Shown: one piece after another, positions 45,750 through 59,315 of the stretch
Layout: each line of letters opens with the position of its first letter
Numbering within the stretch: position 1 is the first letter of the stretch
From: Ministeria vibrans ATCC 50519
Taxonomy: Eukaryota > Protista > Filasterea
Direction: 5' to 3'
Assembly: GCA_943704425.1 (NCBI GenBank)
Contig: CALSCP010000216.1
Coordinates: 62,001 to 126,000 of the forward strand
Length of the DNA: 64,000 nucleotides
Translations under genes and position numbers: made by a program
Notes under the pieces: model-generated
The model's database searches: none
What the model saw: only the letters and a program-made list of their open reading frames with translations
Told to the model about the DNA's origin: nothing

Positions 45750-46982
45750 ATGCCAAGAAAACGAAAGCCGAAACAGTACCTGCCACGACGAGGGCCACCT
45801 ACTGGCGATGGGTTGTCTGCAGATGCAGTGTCTCTCACGGCTGGTCCTCTCGGGGATCTTCCGGGATTCTATTTCGATTCGCTTCGTCAAAAGTACTTCA
45901 AAGGCACTGCTCCACCAAGCGCATCTCCAACATGCTCGACGACACCCCGGCTGCCCTCGTCGCACACCACTCACTGTTCGCTCTACGGTGCGCTCTATGG
46001 ACGCGAACTGGCGCGTGCGACGCACCAGTCGCTCCAGCGCGCAACCCTGCGGCGTTCGCTGCACGCCACCGCGCCAGTGCGGCAGCTGGACTCGCTGTCC
46101 GTCATTGTCGATGCTGACCGGTCGAGGCACGGCAACCCCGCCGTGTTTGTCGCCAACCGCTACGGCCAAGTGTTCGAGCTCACCTCCGAGAAGGAGCGTG
46201 CGATTGCTTTGCCGCCAACCACGTCCCTTCTGAAAGCATTGCGTTGCGACGCGAAAGGCCACACCCTCGCCGTCGCATTCTCAGACCATGTCACTGTGAC
46301 TGACGTGTCCTGCGAGCCTGCCACGTTGCTGTGTAGAATGACCTTTAGTGTGGGTGAGCTCGATGCGGTGGCTGTGCAGTCAACGCTTGGAATGCCTCGT
46401 CACTTCGCCGTCGCCAAGCGTGATCAACTCGTCCTTTTTGACTATGCCCGCGGCCAAACTTTGAATGTACCCGCCGCCAAGTTGACAACGGCCGTAGAGT
46501 TTTTCGGTGACTCCGAAACTGTCGTGTGCGGCTCGATGCGAGGCAAAGTGGGCATGTTCGATTTGCGCGACGCGGACACCCGCCGTCGTGCGTCTGTGTC
46601 GCTAGTCGCTGCTGCTGCCTCTGTCTCTTCCCTTGTCCCGTTTGATGATACACATCGCCTTGTTGTGTCATCTGTTGACGGGCATGTGACGGTGCGTGAC
46701 CTGCGCATGCCCGATGCAATCGTGACACACTGCTTAGGCGCCTCGTGTGGCGGCATGCGTGTTCGTCTGACTGCAAACGAATTGCTACTGACAATCGGTT
46801 CGCACCATGGGCGAGTGTACTCGTGGGACATTTCGCACGCTGGCGAGCGCATCATGCCCTTGCTCGACTGCCATGTAGGCGCCCCAGATGAGCCAGTCAT
46901 CGCGGCTTGGCCCTCGCTTGAGCCGCGATGCCTCACTGCCACCGTCACCCAGCGACGCGCTCGCCTCCTTCGACCATTCTAA
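45750..46982 (+). CDS. DCAF4/WDR21-like WD40 protein, intronless
   Basis: N-terminal LPGFYFDSLRQKYFK resembles the DCAF4 motif LPGFYFDPEKKRYF; WD-like repeats ending FDLR, RDLR and WDIS. Confidence 0.7.
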   Translation: MPRKRKPKQYLPRRGPPTGDGLSADAVSLTAGPLGDLPGFYFDSLRQKYFKGTAPPSASPTCSTTPRLPSSHTTHCSLYGALYGRELARATHQSLQRATLRRSLHATAPVRQLDSLSVIVDADRSRHGNPAVFVANRYGQVFELTSEKERAIALPPTTSLLKALRCDAKGHTLAVAFSDHVTVTDVSCEPATLLCRMTFSVGELDAVAVQSTLGMPRHFAVAKRDQLVLFDYARGQTLNVPAAKLTTAVEFFGDSETVVCGSMRGKVGMFDLRDADTRRRASVSLVAAAASVSSLVPFDDTHRLVVSSVDGHVTVRDLRMPDAIVTHCLGASCGGMRVRLTANELLLTIGSHHGRVYSWDISHAGERIMPLLDCHVGAPDEPVIAAWPSLEPRCLTATVTQRRARLLRPF

Positions 46983-47208
46983 CACTTTCTCCCTCCACCA
47001 AATGTTTAATAATTTTGTATTACAATAAATTATGTGAATTATGTGTAAGATGTAGTAAATATTTTTATTTTTATTAAAATAATAATTATAATTAAATTAT
47101 CATCATCATAATAATAATTTATTATTATTATTTTTATATAATAATAATAATTTATTATTATTTTATATAATAATAATAATTATTATTATTATTATTAGTC
47201 TTGTTGTA

Positions 47209-47237
47209 GCATTGAGTACAGCTCTAGATTCTCTATT
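47209..47237 (+). repeat. Dispersed repeat copy 3 (GCATTGAGTACAGCTCTAGATTCTCTATT), intergenic
   Basis: Two mismatches to copy 1 over 29 bp. Confidence 0.85.
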
Positions 47238-47297
47238 AATTTGAAAATTTCATTCAAAAATAATTAATAATAAATATTTATTTTGTTGCATGGCTAC

Positions 47298-50200
47298 TTA
47301 GACACTAAAAAGTAGCAACCCCGCCTGCTCTTGCTCCTTTCGTGCACCATCCAACGTCGCCTGACGCTCGGCTGGAGAGGCAAACTCGCGCGCAACAACA
47401 CGCGGGAGATGCATGTGAGGGGCGGGAGAGGGACGCAGGGCAAGGTACTCGGCACGACTCAGGACGACATGTGACGCCGGCCAGGCATACATCGTGTTGT
47501 TCAGCGGCACTGACTGCCCACACAGAGACGACACCGTCGCGTCACTGCTACTAGATGCCGCCGGACTTGACCCCCCGGCCGTCGGGCCAGACGGCAAGCC
47601 CACAAGCGCGCGCTGCGTGCGTAACATTTCAAAGTGCTGCTCGGGCGACACGCCCGCCTTCTTCTTAGCCGCCTTCTCTTCTGACGCCCGCTTTCCCACG
47701 CGATCTCTTAAAGCCTTAAAATCTTCCGTGTGTTTAAACGCTAGCTGGCGCAACAGCACGTCAACCTTGCAAAAAAAAATCAGAAGAAGAAAAAAAATAG
47801 AATAAAATGATTCACCTGCTCCAGTGTGACAGAATTGATAAGAGCGCCGCGTCGCTTGGGCGAGACCATGTCCCAGCCGGAAGAGAGACGCTTGGAGATG
47901 CACACTAGCTGCACAGCCATGGCCACGAGCAGCGATCGCTTGACACACTCGGGTGGCAAGCCCGTCTGCGCGTCCGCGCCGTACCACTGGTTGCAAAACG
48001 CCCCCAAACGTACCAACCCTTCTTCCATCAGACGACGCTTCGACCACACACCCGTCCACTTGACCTCCGTCAACATTCCACTGGTACTACTGCTGGCACT
48101 CGCTGTCAGACTGTCTTCGGTGGGCGCAGGGGACGCGGAATTCGTCTCATCGGCGACAGGGGTGGTGGTGCGCGTGACGTTTGTGCTACTGGCTGTCGAC
48201 TCTACCAAGGGCTCGTCGGCCCTGGACGGGCCCAAGTCCTTGCCGTCGGCTTCCGCACCAGCACTCGCAGAGGTGCTACCGCCACTGCTACCATCGCCAG
48301 CAATACTCGTGCCGGCCACAATGCCCGTGGTGACACGATAACTTGACTGTTCGTCGAGCAAGTCGGAGACGATTGCGAGTGCAAGGGCAGATCCGACGCG
48401 CTTCTGCTCGGCATCCGTCGGCTGGTTCGGCAGCACCTTGGCAAAAATATGAAGTTTTTTTGCAAACGACACTGTCTTGAGCAAGTGAAAGAGGTTGGAG
48501 AGACCCAGGATGAAGGCGGGCGAGTGCACAACGGCCTCTGGTACCTCGTGCACAACCACCGAGGGATGATCGTGGTCGAGAGACCGTCGCACCTCGATAG
48601 TGCCCAGGTCCCAGTCGCTGCGCATGATGCCGCCCACCTTGGACGGGTGGAAGTGGTACACAATGACAACGCGCAGAGCGGGAAAGTGCTGCTCATAATG
48701 CTCCGCGATTTGACGCGCATACCGCACGAGATCCTCTTCCTTGGGCTTGCCAAAGAACATATAAGCCTCACGCACGCGAATCTCGTCAATCACTTCACCA
48801 CAGACCGGATCGCTCGTTTGACGATGCGCAGAAGGAGTCGCGCTGCCGTCGCCCACACTGCGCAACACTTCCACCGAGGGCCGTACGACGACCGACGAAG
48901 AGCCCTTTCGAGCAGCCGAGACCGTCTCTGTGGCGGCGACAGGAGCAGCCTTGAGCCACTGACCAGTGTTGCGAGGCATGTCACCCGAGACAACACCGCC
49001 ACGCTCGCGAGAAGACGCAACGGGACCCGCTGCTCCACGCTCAAGCATGGTCGTCGACCCCATACCACGATCGCCGTGAACCGAAAACGACCGGGAGTCA
49101 TCGCCCACGGCATCGTCAATCATGTCCTCGATACGTTGCGGTGCAGCCGCTCGCTCTCCAATCAGCTGAAGTGTTTCGACCCAAAGGGCGAGCGACGCCG
49201 GCGAGAGCGCTTCAAATGTACATAGCATGTCGGGAGTGCGCACCAGAAACGATAGCGTCTCGGCCTCGGTCGGCGTCGAGCCGGCGGCAGCGGTCACTTC
49301 GGAGACACGATCCACGGCAAAATGTGTCAGTGGAATGATGCGTTTAGCGGTGGCGTCCTCCTTGGCATTTGCAAACACAGTCAGGGAAGTGGGCTTCAGG
49401 ACACACCATCGCCGTCGACTACGACGCAACAGAGTGTCGCGCGACACAAGCCACCCGCGCAATTCGTCGCCGACCGCAACGGTCTCGTCGACTGCATCGT
49501 GGGCCGACGATGGGCTCTCATGTCCTGCCATACCCTCCACTGATGATTCTCCGGGCACCGCAACGTTTCTTTTTCTGTCGTCTTTGCGGTTGCCGTCTTC
49601 GTTGTTGTTGTCGTCGTCGTCGTCGTCGTCGTCGTCGTGCTGCAGCGCGCACAATTCTTGCATCCACTCGTCGGCGCTGTGTGCAATGGTTGCTGTTGAG
49701 TCAGCGGACGATTGTGTGCTCAAGTCGGCGTTGGCCTTGACACAAGCATCGCTCATCCAAAAGGTGTAAGAACGCTCTGCCGAACTAGCTGGTACAAAGT
49801 GAAACTTTGCAAGGTCCAAGTCACCAGGCTTCTCGCCACGCCCCACATGGAATTTCCCACCTGCCAACCAGATCATTCCTTGGGGTGCACTATCCTTGGC
49901 CGTCTTGTACCAACAGAGTGTTGCGGTATCGGGACGCAGCGCCCAAAAGCGCAGACGATACGACGTGTTGAAATGCCCGCGCTTCTCGAGCCAGCCTTTG
50001 ACCAGGGCCGGTTCGCTCGCAGCCATGGCAACGGGCCCTTTGAGGGCGGCAGCCGCCACCTCCGATGCGGTCGACGATGCAGAGCGGTGACGTGAAAAGG
50101 ACCGATGCCACGTCGTCGGCGACAACAAGCTGCGAGAAGAGCCAGCGCCCACAGAGGATGATGCTGAGGACGTGCCAGTCTCATGAGGACGATAAAGTGG

Positions 50201-52897
50201 TTGTGAGTGTTGTTGTGATTGTTGCCCCGTTTGTTGTTGTGGTTGATGTTGTTTTTCGGCGGCAAGTGCGGCGACGGCCACGTCTGCCATCGACTTGGCC
50301 TGTTCACCCAGCACCGAGGCGGAATGGTCGATGTTTTTGAGGAAAGACTTGACAGAGTCGTGAACCAGAGGATCACTAGTGCGAGAATGGGGAATGGCGT
50401 CCGCACGCAGACCCTCGTCGGAGCCATCGCCCGGCAAAATAGCGGAGGTGTCGCCAGGCATGAGTAGACGCGCCATGTCGACACTCTGCAAGGAGCCAAG
50501 AATGTAAAAGTGAATGCCAAAGTCACGCACACCAGCAAGCATGTCGCCCACGTCCACGTCGTCCATAGCCACCCTGGCCAAGCGCTCATTGTGCAAACGG
50601 CGAGTGTTGAGAATGACAATGGTTCGTCCAGCAAAGTCATCAAGCAGCTGTTCCGCGCGCAACGGTAGTCCACCGTACATGTCCACGTTCCACACGCGCG
50701 CCACCGTGCCAAGAAGGGCCGCCAGGTGACGCCAAGCACGCACCTCGGCGCCACACGTTCGGTTGTTGACGCACAAGAGGAACTCGGCCGTGCCGCCGCG
50801 GCGACTGCTGCTGCCTGTGTACGCGTCGGAAAGGAGAAAATCAAAGGGGCGCTCTTGGATCGTCTTGACAGGAGCTGTGTGTGGCGTGGGCAGAGTCGCG
50901 GACCAGGGCGCACCAATGTCGACGGCTAATCTCAAGTGAGCGCGTGACCAAGGCAATGCCTCAGGGCCAAAAGCGACGGTGGCGCTCACAGCGTGTGAGT
51001 CACCTGGTGCGAGCTGAGGAATTTCAAAGCTGAGACAATGTGAGTGGGCCAAGTTGCCTTTAGCGTCGCGAAACTGTACATCGGCTGTGGTCAACTCGGC
51101 TGGACTGACGCGTATCGCGTCGTCGTAGGGAGTAGTGTCCTTGAGGTCGTCGTCGTCGTCGTCGTCGTCGTCGTTGTCATTGTTGTCATTGTCGTCGTCG
51201 TCGTCATCATCGTCGCCAGTCACCGATGTTGTTTTGCCTACATCCTTATCGGTGAGAGGAATGCTCGCGTCGCTTGTCGGTGATTGAAGGGTAGAGTGAG
51301 CATGGACGGGTGAACGACGGAAGCCGTGGAGGTAGAGGCGCAGAACAAGGCGACGGCGCGACGACGAGTGGACACCCAACGGCTGAGAGCCAATGTTGCG
51401 CACGGAAAAGCAAAGGGGCGCTTCCTGTCCGGCCTCGGATGCACACGATGGGCCCACGACAATGGACGCCTGTACGGGAAATTGCACGATAAAGGGCGTC
51501 TGCTGTGCCGCCACACGGTCAAATTGGTGGTTGACTCGCGCGACAATGGCGCGGTGCTCGAGAACACCCGCCGCCATGAGCGCATTGCCAAAGGTGGGAC
51601 GCAAAATGTCCTTGACGGTCCACACGAGAGGTGCAGGAAGCGGGGAGTGCTCGCCAACAGAGAGAAAGCCCGGCAAAAAGACACGATCGGCAACCCAGTC
51701 GAAATGGGCCCAACGATTGGAGGCGAGTGCGCAATAAATAGTGCCCGTGTCGCGACGCACCGGCGTGGGCATAGCACCGGTGTTAACCAGGTCGTACGTG
51801 AGCGCCATTTTTGAGCCGGGCTCGATGACACCAAAGTCAAATTGAGGTGTGAGCACGACCGAGTCTGCGTTGATGGCGAGGTCGTAGCGCTGGGGGTAGT
51901 CTTGGATTCCGTCGGCGTGAGCCACGCGTAGAATGTAAGCGCCCGGTGGACCAGGTGGACCAAGTACGCCGGCACTGGCACTACGGCCTGGCGGGCCATC
52001 GGGGCCGCGCGAGCCACCAGGCTGGAGTGTTTCGCGGTTGAATCGATTCCCCGACGAGTCCAGAAGACGCTCTGTGAACTGCATGGGTGCACCACCTGCG
52101 CCACCAAAACCGCCACGGCCAGGTGTACCAGCACCACCAGGACGCCCTCCGGTACCACCGTCGACGTGAGGCTTGGCTGTGGACAGCAGCATGAGCAGGT
52201 CCATGTCGGCTTCGTCGACTCGCACCACGACGGCGCCCCCTCGACCGCCCGCACCTCCATTTCCGCCCGCGCCAGCCGCTCCGCCAGCACCGCCGGGCGT
52301 ACCGTTGCGCCCGGGCGTTAATTTCGTGGCGTTTGTTCCAGGGCAGCCATCACTGCCATCGCCGCCTTTTCCGCCATGTCTAGAGGGAAGAAATTAAGAG
52401 TGAGAGAGAGAGAGAGAGTGAATAAACGAAAAACACATGTTGTTGTTGTAAGGGAATGTACCCGGCATCGCCGCCACGCCCGCCGGCGGACGCTAGGCTG
52501 ATTGACGCGTAAGGATCGTCGAGTTTGAAGTCATGGTGGACGGGGGCGCGCGGACGGCCGCTGTTGCGCGCGGGCTCGAGGACGCCGCCGACGACCACCT
52601 TGTCGCCGTCGACAGCCAGCGTCAGCAGGATGTCGCCGCCGTCAGCACCCCGGGCGCCATCAGTGCCGGCCTCGGCATTGCCGCCGTGGCCGCTCGGGTA
52701 CGTACCGCGAGCTCCATTGACACCCTGTGTGGAGAAGGGCCGTGAGTTGCAACGAGCAGCGCAGACGACACGCTCGACCATACCATTCGCCCATTGGCTC
52801 CGTTGGCACCAGAGTTCTCCAGATGAAGGGCCGAGCCCGCAGCAAACACGGTCGCGGCAGTGTTGAGACTGGCGGGTGGCGGTGCTGGAGCTGCCAT
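47298..52897 (-). CDS. Large protein with Gly-rich N-terminus and two PH domains
   Basis: GGxGGxG repeats at the N-terminus; PH1 VKGWLEKRGHFNTSYRLRFWALR..LCWYKT..PQGMIWL (~50005-49640); PH2 LRGWLVSRDTLLRRSRRRWCVLK..LTVF (~49465-49160); 1482-aa ORF plus small flanking exons. Confidence 0.8.
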
Positions 52898-53168
52898 TTC
52901 AGCCGAGAAAAACCAAAAAAGTGAAAGTAGAGTAAATAACTTACAAGAAAGGTAATAGTTATTATTATTATTATCAGTATTATTTTATTTATTCTATGAA
53001 GTTTGAATCGTTAGAAATTATTTACGAAGAATTCAAAGATAATGAAGAAAAAGATCACGAACCTGCGGTTATATAAACTTATATTCAACTACACATATGA
53101 TATCGTCGAGATGCGTTTATAGAACTTGATCTCACTCAAGAAGGAAGGAAGGAAAAAATCTCAGGCAG

Positions 53169-55875
53169 TCAGGTGGATTGTTCCTCCTTTGCCTTCAGGC
53201 TATGTTCAAACCAGAGGACAGTATTGATCCAGCTGTCCGCCTCGGCTTTGACGCCGCTTATAGGATGCGCTTCGTCTTTGTACCAGAGCACATGTGTTGG
53301 AACTCGAAAGTGCTGAAATGCTCGCTAAGTAGAGACAGACAAACGCAATGATGATCAGTTGGACATTGAAGAAGGACTGTGCGCAATACGTAAAGTTCAA
53401 GCCCCTGAGTCGGAGGCACACGCAAGTCAACGCCGCCAAGCTTAAACAGCGTGGGTGTGCGTACATGAGGCCCCACATGCGAGACGGGCGACATGCCTAT
53501 AGAAGCGAGTCAAAAAAAAAAAAAAAAAAACATTAATGCTTATACATGGACACGGCTGTGATTACGTACGGAAGAGGCGCGAGTGTTGTTCTTCGGTGAA
53601 AAGGCCACGATAAGCACAGGTCGGGTCGATTCCACTCACAGAGCAAACCCAGTCGCCTAAACAACGAGAAAAGGAAAAAAAAGCAAGACAAATGATAAAA
53701 AGAAGCAGTGTGCAGCAACATGGCAGGTACCAATGTCGGAGGTAACAAGATCACTAACAAGGTTAGTGACGGGATTGTGGAGAACGGCAGCTGAGAAGCG
53801 AGTGGGGTGCTGAACGACCATGTGAGCACACACCCAGCCGCCATGACTGCCGCCCCACAGGAAGAGCCGCGCCGGGTCCACCGCCCGCGACTCTTCCATC
53901 GCACACACGTGGTCCACGGCCTCCACCATATCCTCCACCTCCATTGTTCCCACATGTCCCGACAGCGATTCCAAAAACTCCAGACCGCGTCCCGTCGACC
54001 CGCGATAGTTGACCTGAGAGGCATCGACACACGTCGGGTGGGTCAAGGCAGATTGAGAATCTCTTACAATGTACCTGCAAGGTGGCGTAGCCGAGAGCGT
54101 GCAGAAAGTTGAGAGTGGGCGAATAAGTGTTGATGTAGGCGCCGTGTGGACCGCCATGGGGGATGACGACAAGGGGAGGCGGATCAGAGTGGGAGACGGT
54201 GGGACGAGCAAGGACACAAAAGACATTGGGAAGAGCAAACGTACACACGTCAATAGTGGGGTCCTCAAGGGGTTGAGATGGGATGGGGAGGGAAAGTGGA
54301 GGGGTGGAAGAGGACGATGCTGTGTCAAAGACCATTGCATGAGGACGCTGGCTGTGACTGGATTGCAACAGGAGCACCAGAGAACCAAACACATCGAGGA
54401 CACTTGCGGAGGCATCCGCCTTGTCCGTGCACGTGTGAGGCGCAAGAGTGCCTGTCGCCGCATCCACAGCAATGACTCGCTCTAGCGGGCCCCATTGCGT
54501 CGTAAGATACACTTGATTCTCACTGGTGAAGCAACGTTTCGGAAGGCTGTGCAAAAAGAGCCCGGGAAAGTCCTAAGTAAAAATGGGTTAGCGCACACGA
54601 TGGCTCGAAGCAATATTCTTCTTCTCACGTTGGGCTGCGCAGGCGCAACGACAGAATCCACAAGAGTAGATAGTGTGCGGGAGGGCCAGTCGAGGCGACG
54701 CAGCAGAGAGCAGGTGTTGTGTCGATGAGTCTCGCGAATCGAGAGAAACACGACAAAGGAGCCATCAGGGGAGACGCGCGGGGATCTACACAAGCAAGCA
54801 AGTACACATTCGCATATTATAATATATATAACAAATATTTAGACAACATTTAAAATGTTGTGAAAAGGACAACATAAAATATGCCAAGCGAACCTCACTG
54901 CAAAATCGTCGTCAGAGGAGGTGATTTGTTCGAGTTTAGGAGTCTCGCTGGTAGCGCCAGAGGTGTAAAGCGCGGGTGAGGCAAAGAACAGCGAAGAGGC
55001 GTGGTTGAGGCAGTAGATGATGCCAAAACGATGGGACGGAACACGCCAACCGCAGAGGAGAAGACCGTCGCCAACGAACTGAGGCTGTCCAACGCAAAGG
55101 TCGTCGTCAATGCCCGAGACAGGGTAGACTCGCGGACGGGCGGTTCGCTCGACGACAAACACCCTTGAGCGATCAACACCAAGATACTGCTCTCCCCACG
55201 TCTCGAGCAGGTCGGCTTCAGCACCGACGAGCGACGGCGAATCGGTTTCCTTCTTCTTGTCAGGCTCGGTTGCCTGGTCGCCTGGGCATTTGCGCTCCTT
55301 TGAATCACGATGAAAGAAGCTCTTTGCGTCGCGCTCCAACGGCTGCGCAACATACGCAACGCGTTGTTCGTCCTTTGCGCAATAACAATGACAAGGGATA
55401 GGGTTAGGGTTAGAAAATTGTGAAATGTCAAGGGACGAATCGTCTGCGTTTGTTTTACCTTTGACCAGGCGACTCCCGCAAAGGTGGGGTCGGTTAGAAC
55501 TGCGCCGTGTATGCCATCGGTAGAGACGCAACCGACGAGTCGGGTTGGGGACCAGAACTCCAGGCGAAAGTGGTCCTTCACCTTGACGATGCGAAGGGCA
55601 TGGGAGGCGGACGGAGACCAGGAGGTGAGGACAAGGGACTCCTGGATGGGCACCGACGGCGCGCACTGGCAGAAGGCACGGCCGTCCGGCGCCCGACGAT
55701 ACTCAGCAGCGGACTTGCGCGGAGCACCGGCGCCGTCCACATCGCGCTGGGAAAGCGTCAGGCTGACCGTGTCGTCGTCGACGAGGCGGCCGCCAGCAAT
55801 GGCCACACTCTCGAGACACGTCTTCACATACACTTCAGTGAGTTCTTTGCGGCGTCCTTCGTCACTTCGGAACAT
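53169..55875 (-). CDS. APEH: Acylamino-acid-releasing enzyme (S9 peptidase)
   Basis: PLVVIPHGGPH, VNYRGSTGRG, nucleophile GGSHGG, HNPVTNL..SDI, DLRVPPTQGLELY and catalytic His in EAHPI; start codon uncertain. Confidence 0.9.
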
Positions 55876-56070
55876 GAGAATAACAGTAAAGAATAAAGAG
55901 TACAGACGATTTTGAATAGATGCAGAACAGAAGTGAAAAGATACAATCATTGACACATCACACAACAGAAATGGAAACGCACATCAAAAGTATCAGAAGG
56001 CAGCTTGACACACTGAGAGAGTCTGAGGCTGAGCGCGAGCTCAATTTGTTTACAGATACAGCCATTTTAG

Positions 56071-56708
56071 CTAAATGTCAATGATCACGTAGACATCGTG
56101 AACGTCGTCGGTGTCACGCACTTGCATATTGGAATAGGTGATCGCCTTCACTTCGGTACCCTGTTCGTGCTTGTCCTTGTCGAAAATTTCGCCATGGCCA
56201 CGTGAGCGGATGGTAAAGGTGCTACACACACACACAGCAGCATTTGAGTTGTGAAGCACAATACAATGGGTATTCGTACGTGCGGTCAAACTCGAGAATT
56301 TCCAATTCTCTGACAACAAAATAGTCGATGCAAAACTTCAACAGCCACTCATCCATGAAGTTGTACAAAAGCGAGTCAAGATCGTGGCCTACACAATGGA
56401 TTCAGATGAAATAAAAGATCACAAATAGCGGAGAAGTTTCTTACCTGAGATCTCCACCTCGCAAGTCTGCGACTCGTCAACACTGACACCTTTCAAAGGA
56501 GTCATATAATTGAACATGGCAATAACAGCCTGTACACCCACATACACAAACGAGAGATTCGTCAAGAGCAATATAACAGAATACAATAGTATGATAGTAT
56601 GACTTGGACTGGACCTCAGCATAAGCTTCTTGAATATTCGTGCCCCACGCATGGATCCTGTGCACAGTAGGACACGAGACGGTCAGAAAGTAAAGGAGAC
56701 AAACGAAG

Positions 56709-56807
<99 letters not shown>

Positions 56808-57183
56808 GGAGAAAGAAACAAAGTGATAGAGAGAGAGAGAAACAAAGTGATAGAGAGAGAGAGAGAGAGGAGGGAGAAAGAAACAAAGTGATAAAGAGAG
56901 AGAGAGAGAGAGGGAGAGAGAGAGAGAGAGAGAGAGAAAGAAAAAGAGAAAAGTCAAAAGACAAAGTTGGGCAATCGTACTGGATATCTGCAGTGTGGTC
57001 GTGGTCTGCGCGTGAAGGGAAGAACAATCGGGTTAGCGAGAAGGGAACCGGTGGCAAACACACCACGTCGTACATCTGAATCCCACAGAGGCGTTACCGC
57101 CGCCTTCGTCGTCGGCGTTGTCTGCGCTGCGTGCCTATGATGAGTGACAAATGCATCAGAGAGCGAGCGCGCGTGTGAGAAAC

Positions 57184-57228
<45 letters not shown>

Positions 57229-57291
57229 GACGCAGAGTATGTAGATGGGTGGATGTAAACGTACAGTGACGGCGGGAGCAGGGTCGGCCAT
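56071..57291 (-). CDS. ZBTB8OS: Archease (tRNA-ligase cofactor)
   Basis: DHTADIQ|IHAWG, AMFNYMT, GHDLDSLLYNFMDEWL, KHEQGTEVKAITYSNMQV..VYVIIDI*. Confidence 0.95.
56711..56940 (-). repeat. (GA)n microsatellite carrying three copies (one partial) of the TATCACTTTGTTTC element, archease intron
   Basis: GGAGGGAGAAAGAAACAAAGTGATA repeats within a GA run. Confidence 0.85.
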
Positions 57292-57426
57292 ATCGAGAGA
57301 AAGTGAAAAAATTGAGTTTTAAATCTAAATACTATTCAAAGACGATTATAATTATTATTGTTATTATTATGAAAGAAAATTAATTGCAACAAGACGTAAT
57401 AATAATTTTTACTCAACATCAAGCGA

Positions 57427-59017
57427 TTAATCGATCTTCTTTGTCTTTGATCGACGAGAAGCATTGTTGGCACTGTTAGAGGAGGAAGCGGAGGTGCGGG
57501 GTGCGGCAGCGTTGTCCACTGCTGTGGTGAGGTCGAGGGAGACCATGCTGAGCTTGAGGCAGTCGACCAGCGACGAGGAGCGGTACGGCAGGTTGTACTT
57601 GGCCAGAAGCGCCTTGACACGCTGCTGAATGAGAGGCAAATGCCCACGCGGCAGCATCGGGAAAAGATGGTGTTCAATCTGGAACGAGATATTGCCAGAG
57701 AAAAAGTCCAGAAGAGCACCACCGGCAATGTTGCGCGACGTGCGCGCCGTCTGCTCAAGGAATGACATTTCCTCGGCCGGCTTGGTCCCAAACTCGATCC
57801 CAATGCGGTCCTCGGCATAATGTGTGGAAAAGACAATCATGGCGGTGCCGGCGCCACGCACGAGCGACGCAACGACGAGAGGCGCCCAACCGGCGTTAAG
57901 GACGACGCAAGCGAGCGAAAGGTAGTGCAGCGTGAGAAGCACAATGCCACGCATAGCGGCCGCAGGACGGCGCGCAATAAACTGAAGGCTCTCGAAGCGC
58001 CAGTACAAATCCAGCACACACAGCATGGGCAAGTAGTAGTACTTTTGCAGACGCTGGATTGGATTGCGCAGGCGACGGGCCAAATCGGGAAACTGCTGCT
58101 GGAAGTGGAAGACGGGAGACGTCTTGATGTCCGGGTCGTTGCCGACCTCGTTGGTAACAACATGATGAGTGTTGTGGCGAGCCTTCCACCAGCCCACCTC
58201 GTAGCCCTGCATGCACCCCACAACGGATGCCACCCAATCGTTGACAACTGGCGACGCAAATACTGAGTGATGTGAGTAGTCGTGGCCCACCCAGCCGGCC
58301 TGGTGTGTGCCCAGCACAAACATCAGACAACCCAGCCACACGTACGAGGTTGCCGCCATCAGGTATGTTCCAATCAGAATGTTCAAGACGGTGTACAGAA
58401 GCTGTTAAAAAAAATACAGAGCAAACAAGACAAAAGTCATAAACACACATGAAAAACTTTGCGAGGTTGCACACACGACTGACATTCGCAAGAAAGAAGT
58501 AAAAAGAACCTCGGAGAGTGGTTGTACCTTGGGCACTTCGTGGAGTAGTCTGGGACGAAAGAGACCCTCCTTGGTCATGTCCTCCTTGAGCAGACGCAAG
58601 TCGCGCTGTTGCTCCGTCTCCACACGACTGACTGTCTCGCCCTTCTTGATAAATCCTTGCAACAGCTTCTTGGCAGCCTCGGTGTGCATCGCGTCAAACT
58701 GCTCCGTGGCATCACGGTCCTCAAAAATGCGCAGAACCTAATGAATAAAAATGATTGATTAGCAAACTGAAGAAGAGGAAAAAAAAAAGATATAATAAAA
58801 AAGCATGGGTGGAACAGAGTGGAGGTGAAGGGAAGTCGAACGCAGTTGAATCGGAGCGGGATGCGGGAGCAGTGACGAGAAAGCGAACCTTTGAACCACC
58901 CGGATGGGTTTTCATCCAATGTGTCACGTCGACTCGCGCGCCGTGCAACAGTACGTAGTGGCGCTTGGAGGGCGCCTCCTTGGGCATTTCAGTGTCGGGG
59001 ACGGCATTCGGCGCCAT
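57427..59017 (-). CDS. Front-end (cytochrome b5-fused) fatty acid desaturase
   Basis: Cyt b5 HPGG plus the three His boxes HDYSHH, HNTHH and QIEHH. Confidence 0.93.
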
Positions 59018-59315
59018 GATGGGAGTCGGTCTGTGGCACAATGTGCAAGATGCAAAAATTCACTCAACATCCCAACAAAATAGTCTCTCACTGTGACGAA
59101 CCACAAAGAAAATGTCGGAGACGAAACAATGGAAATAGCGGTGCTCTGTTGAGGTGGGCCACTCGTCGACAAAGACAATGGCAGAAAAGAGACGAAAAAA
59201 AAGTAATAAATGAACTGAATGATCAATGAGGTTGTGACTCACTTGTGACTTGTCCACATTTCATTAATCTGTAATCATTTCTTTTTCTGATTACGACCCA
59301 TCTACTTCACTCAAC

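Noticed and set aside
51940-52700. Collagen-like domain in the Gly-rich gene
   Set aside because: The Gly-X-Y register is short and broken, and is dominated by GG pairs rather than a continuous triple-helix repeat.
56000-56066. ATG a few bases after the archease stop as an APEH start (translational coupling)
   Set aside because: That frame closes before the APEH exons and no convincing splice path was found; the APEH start remains uncertain.
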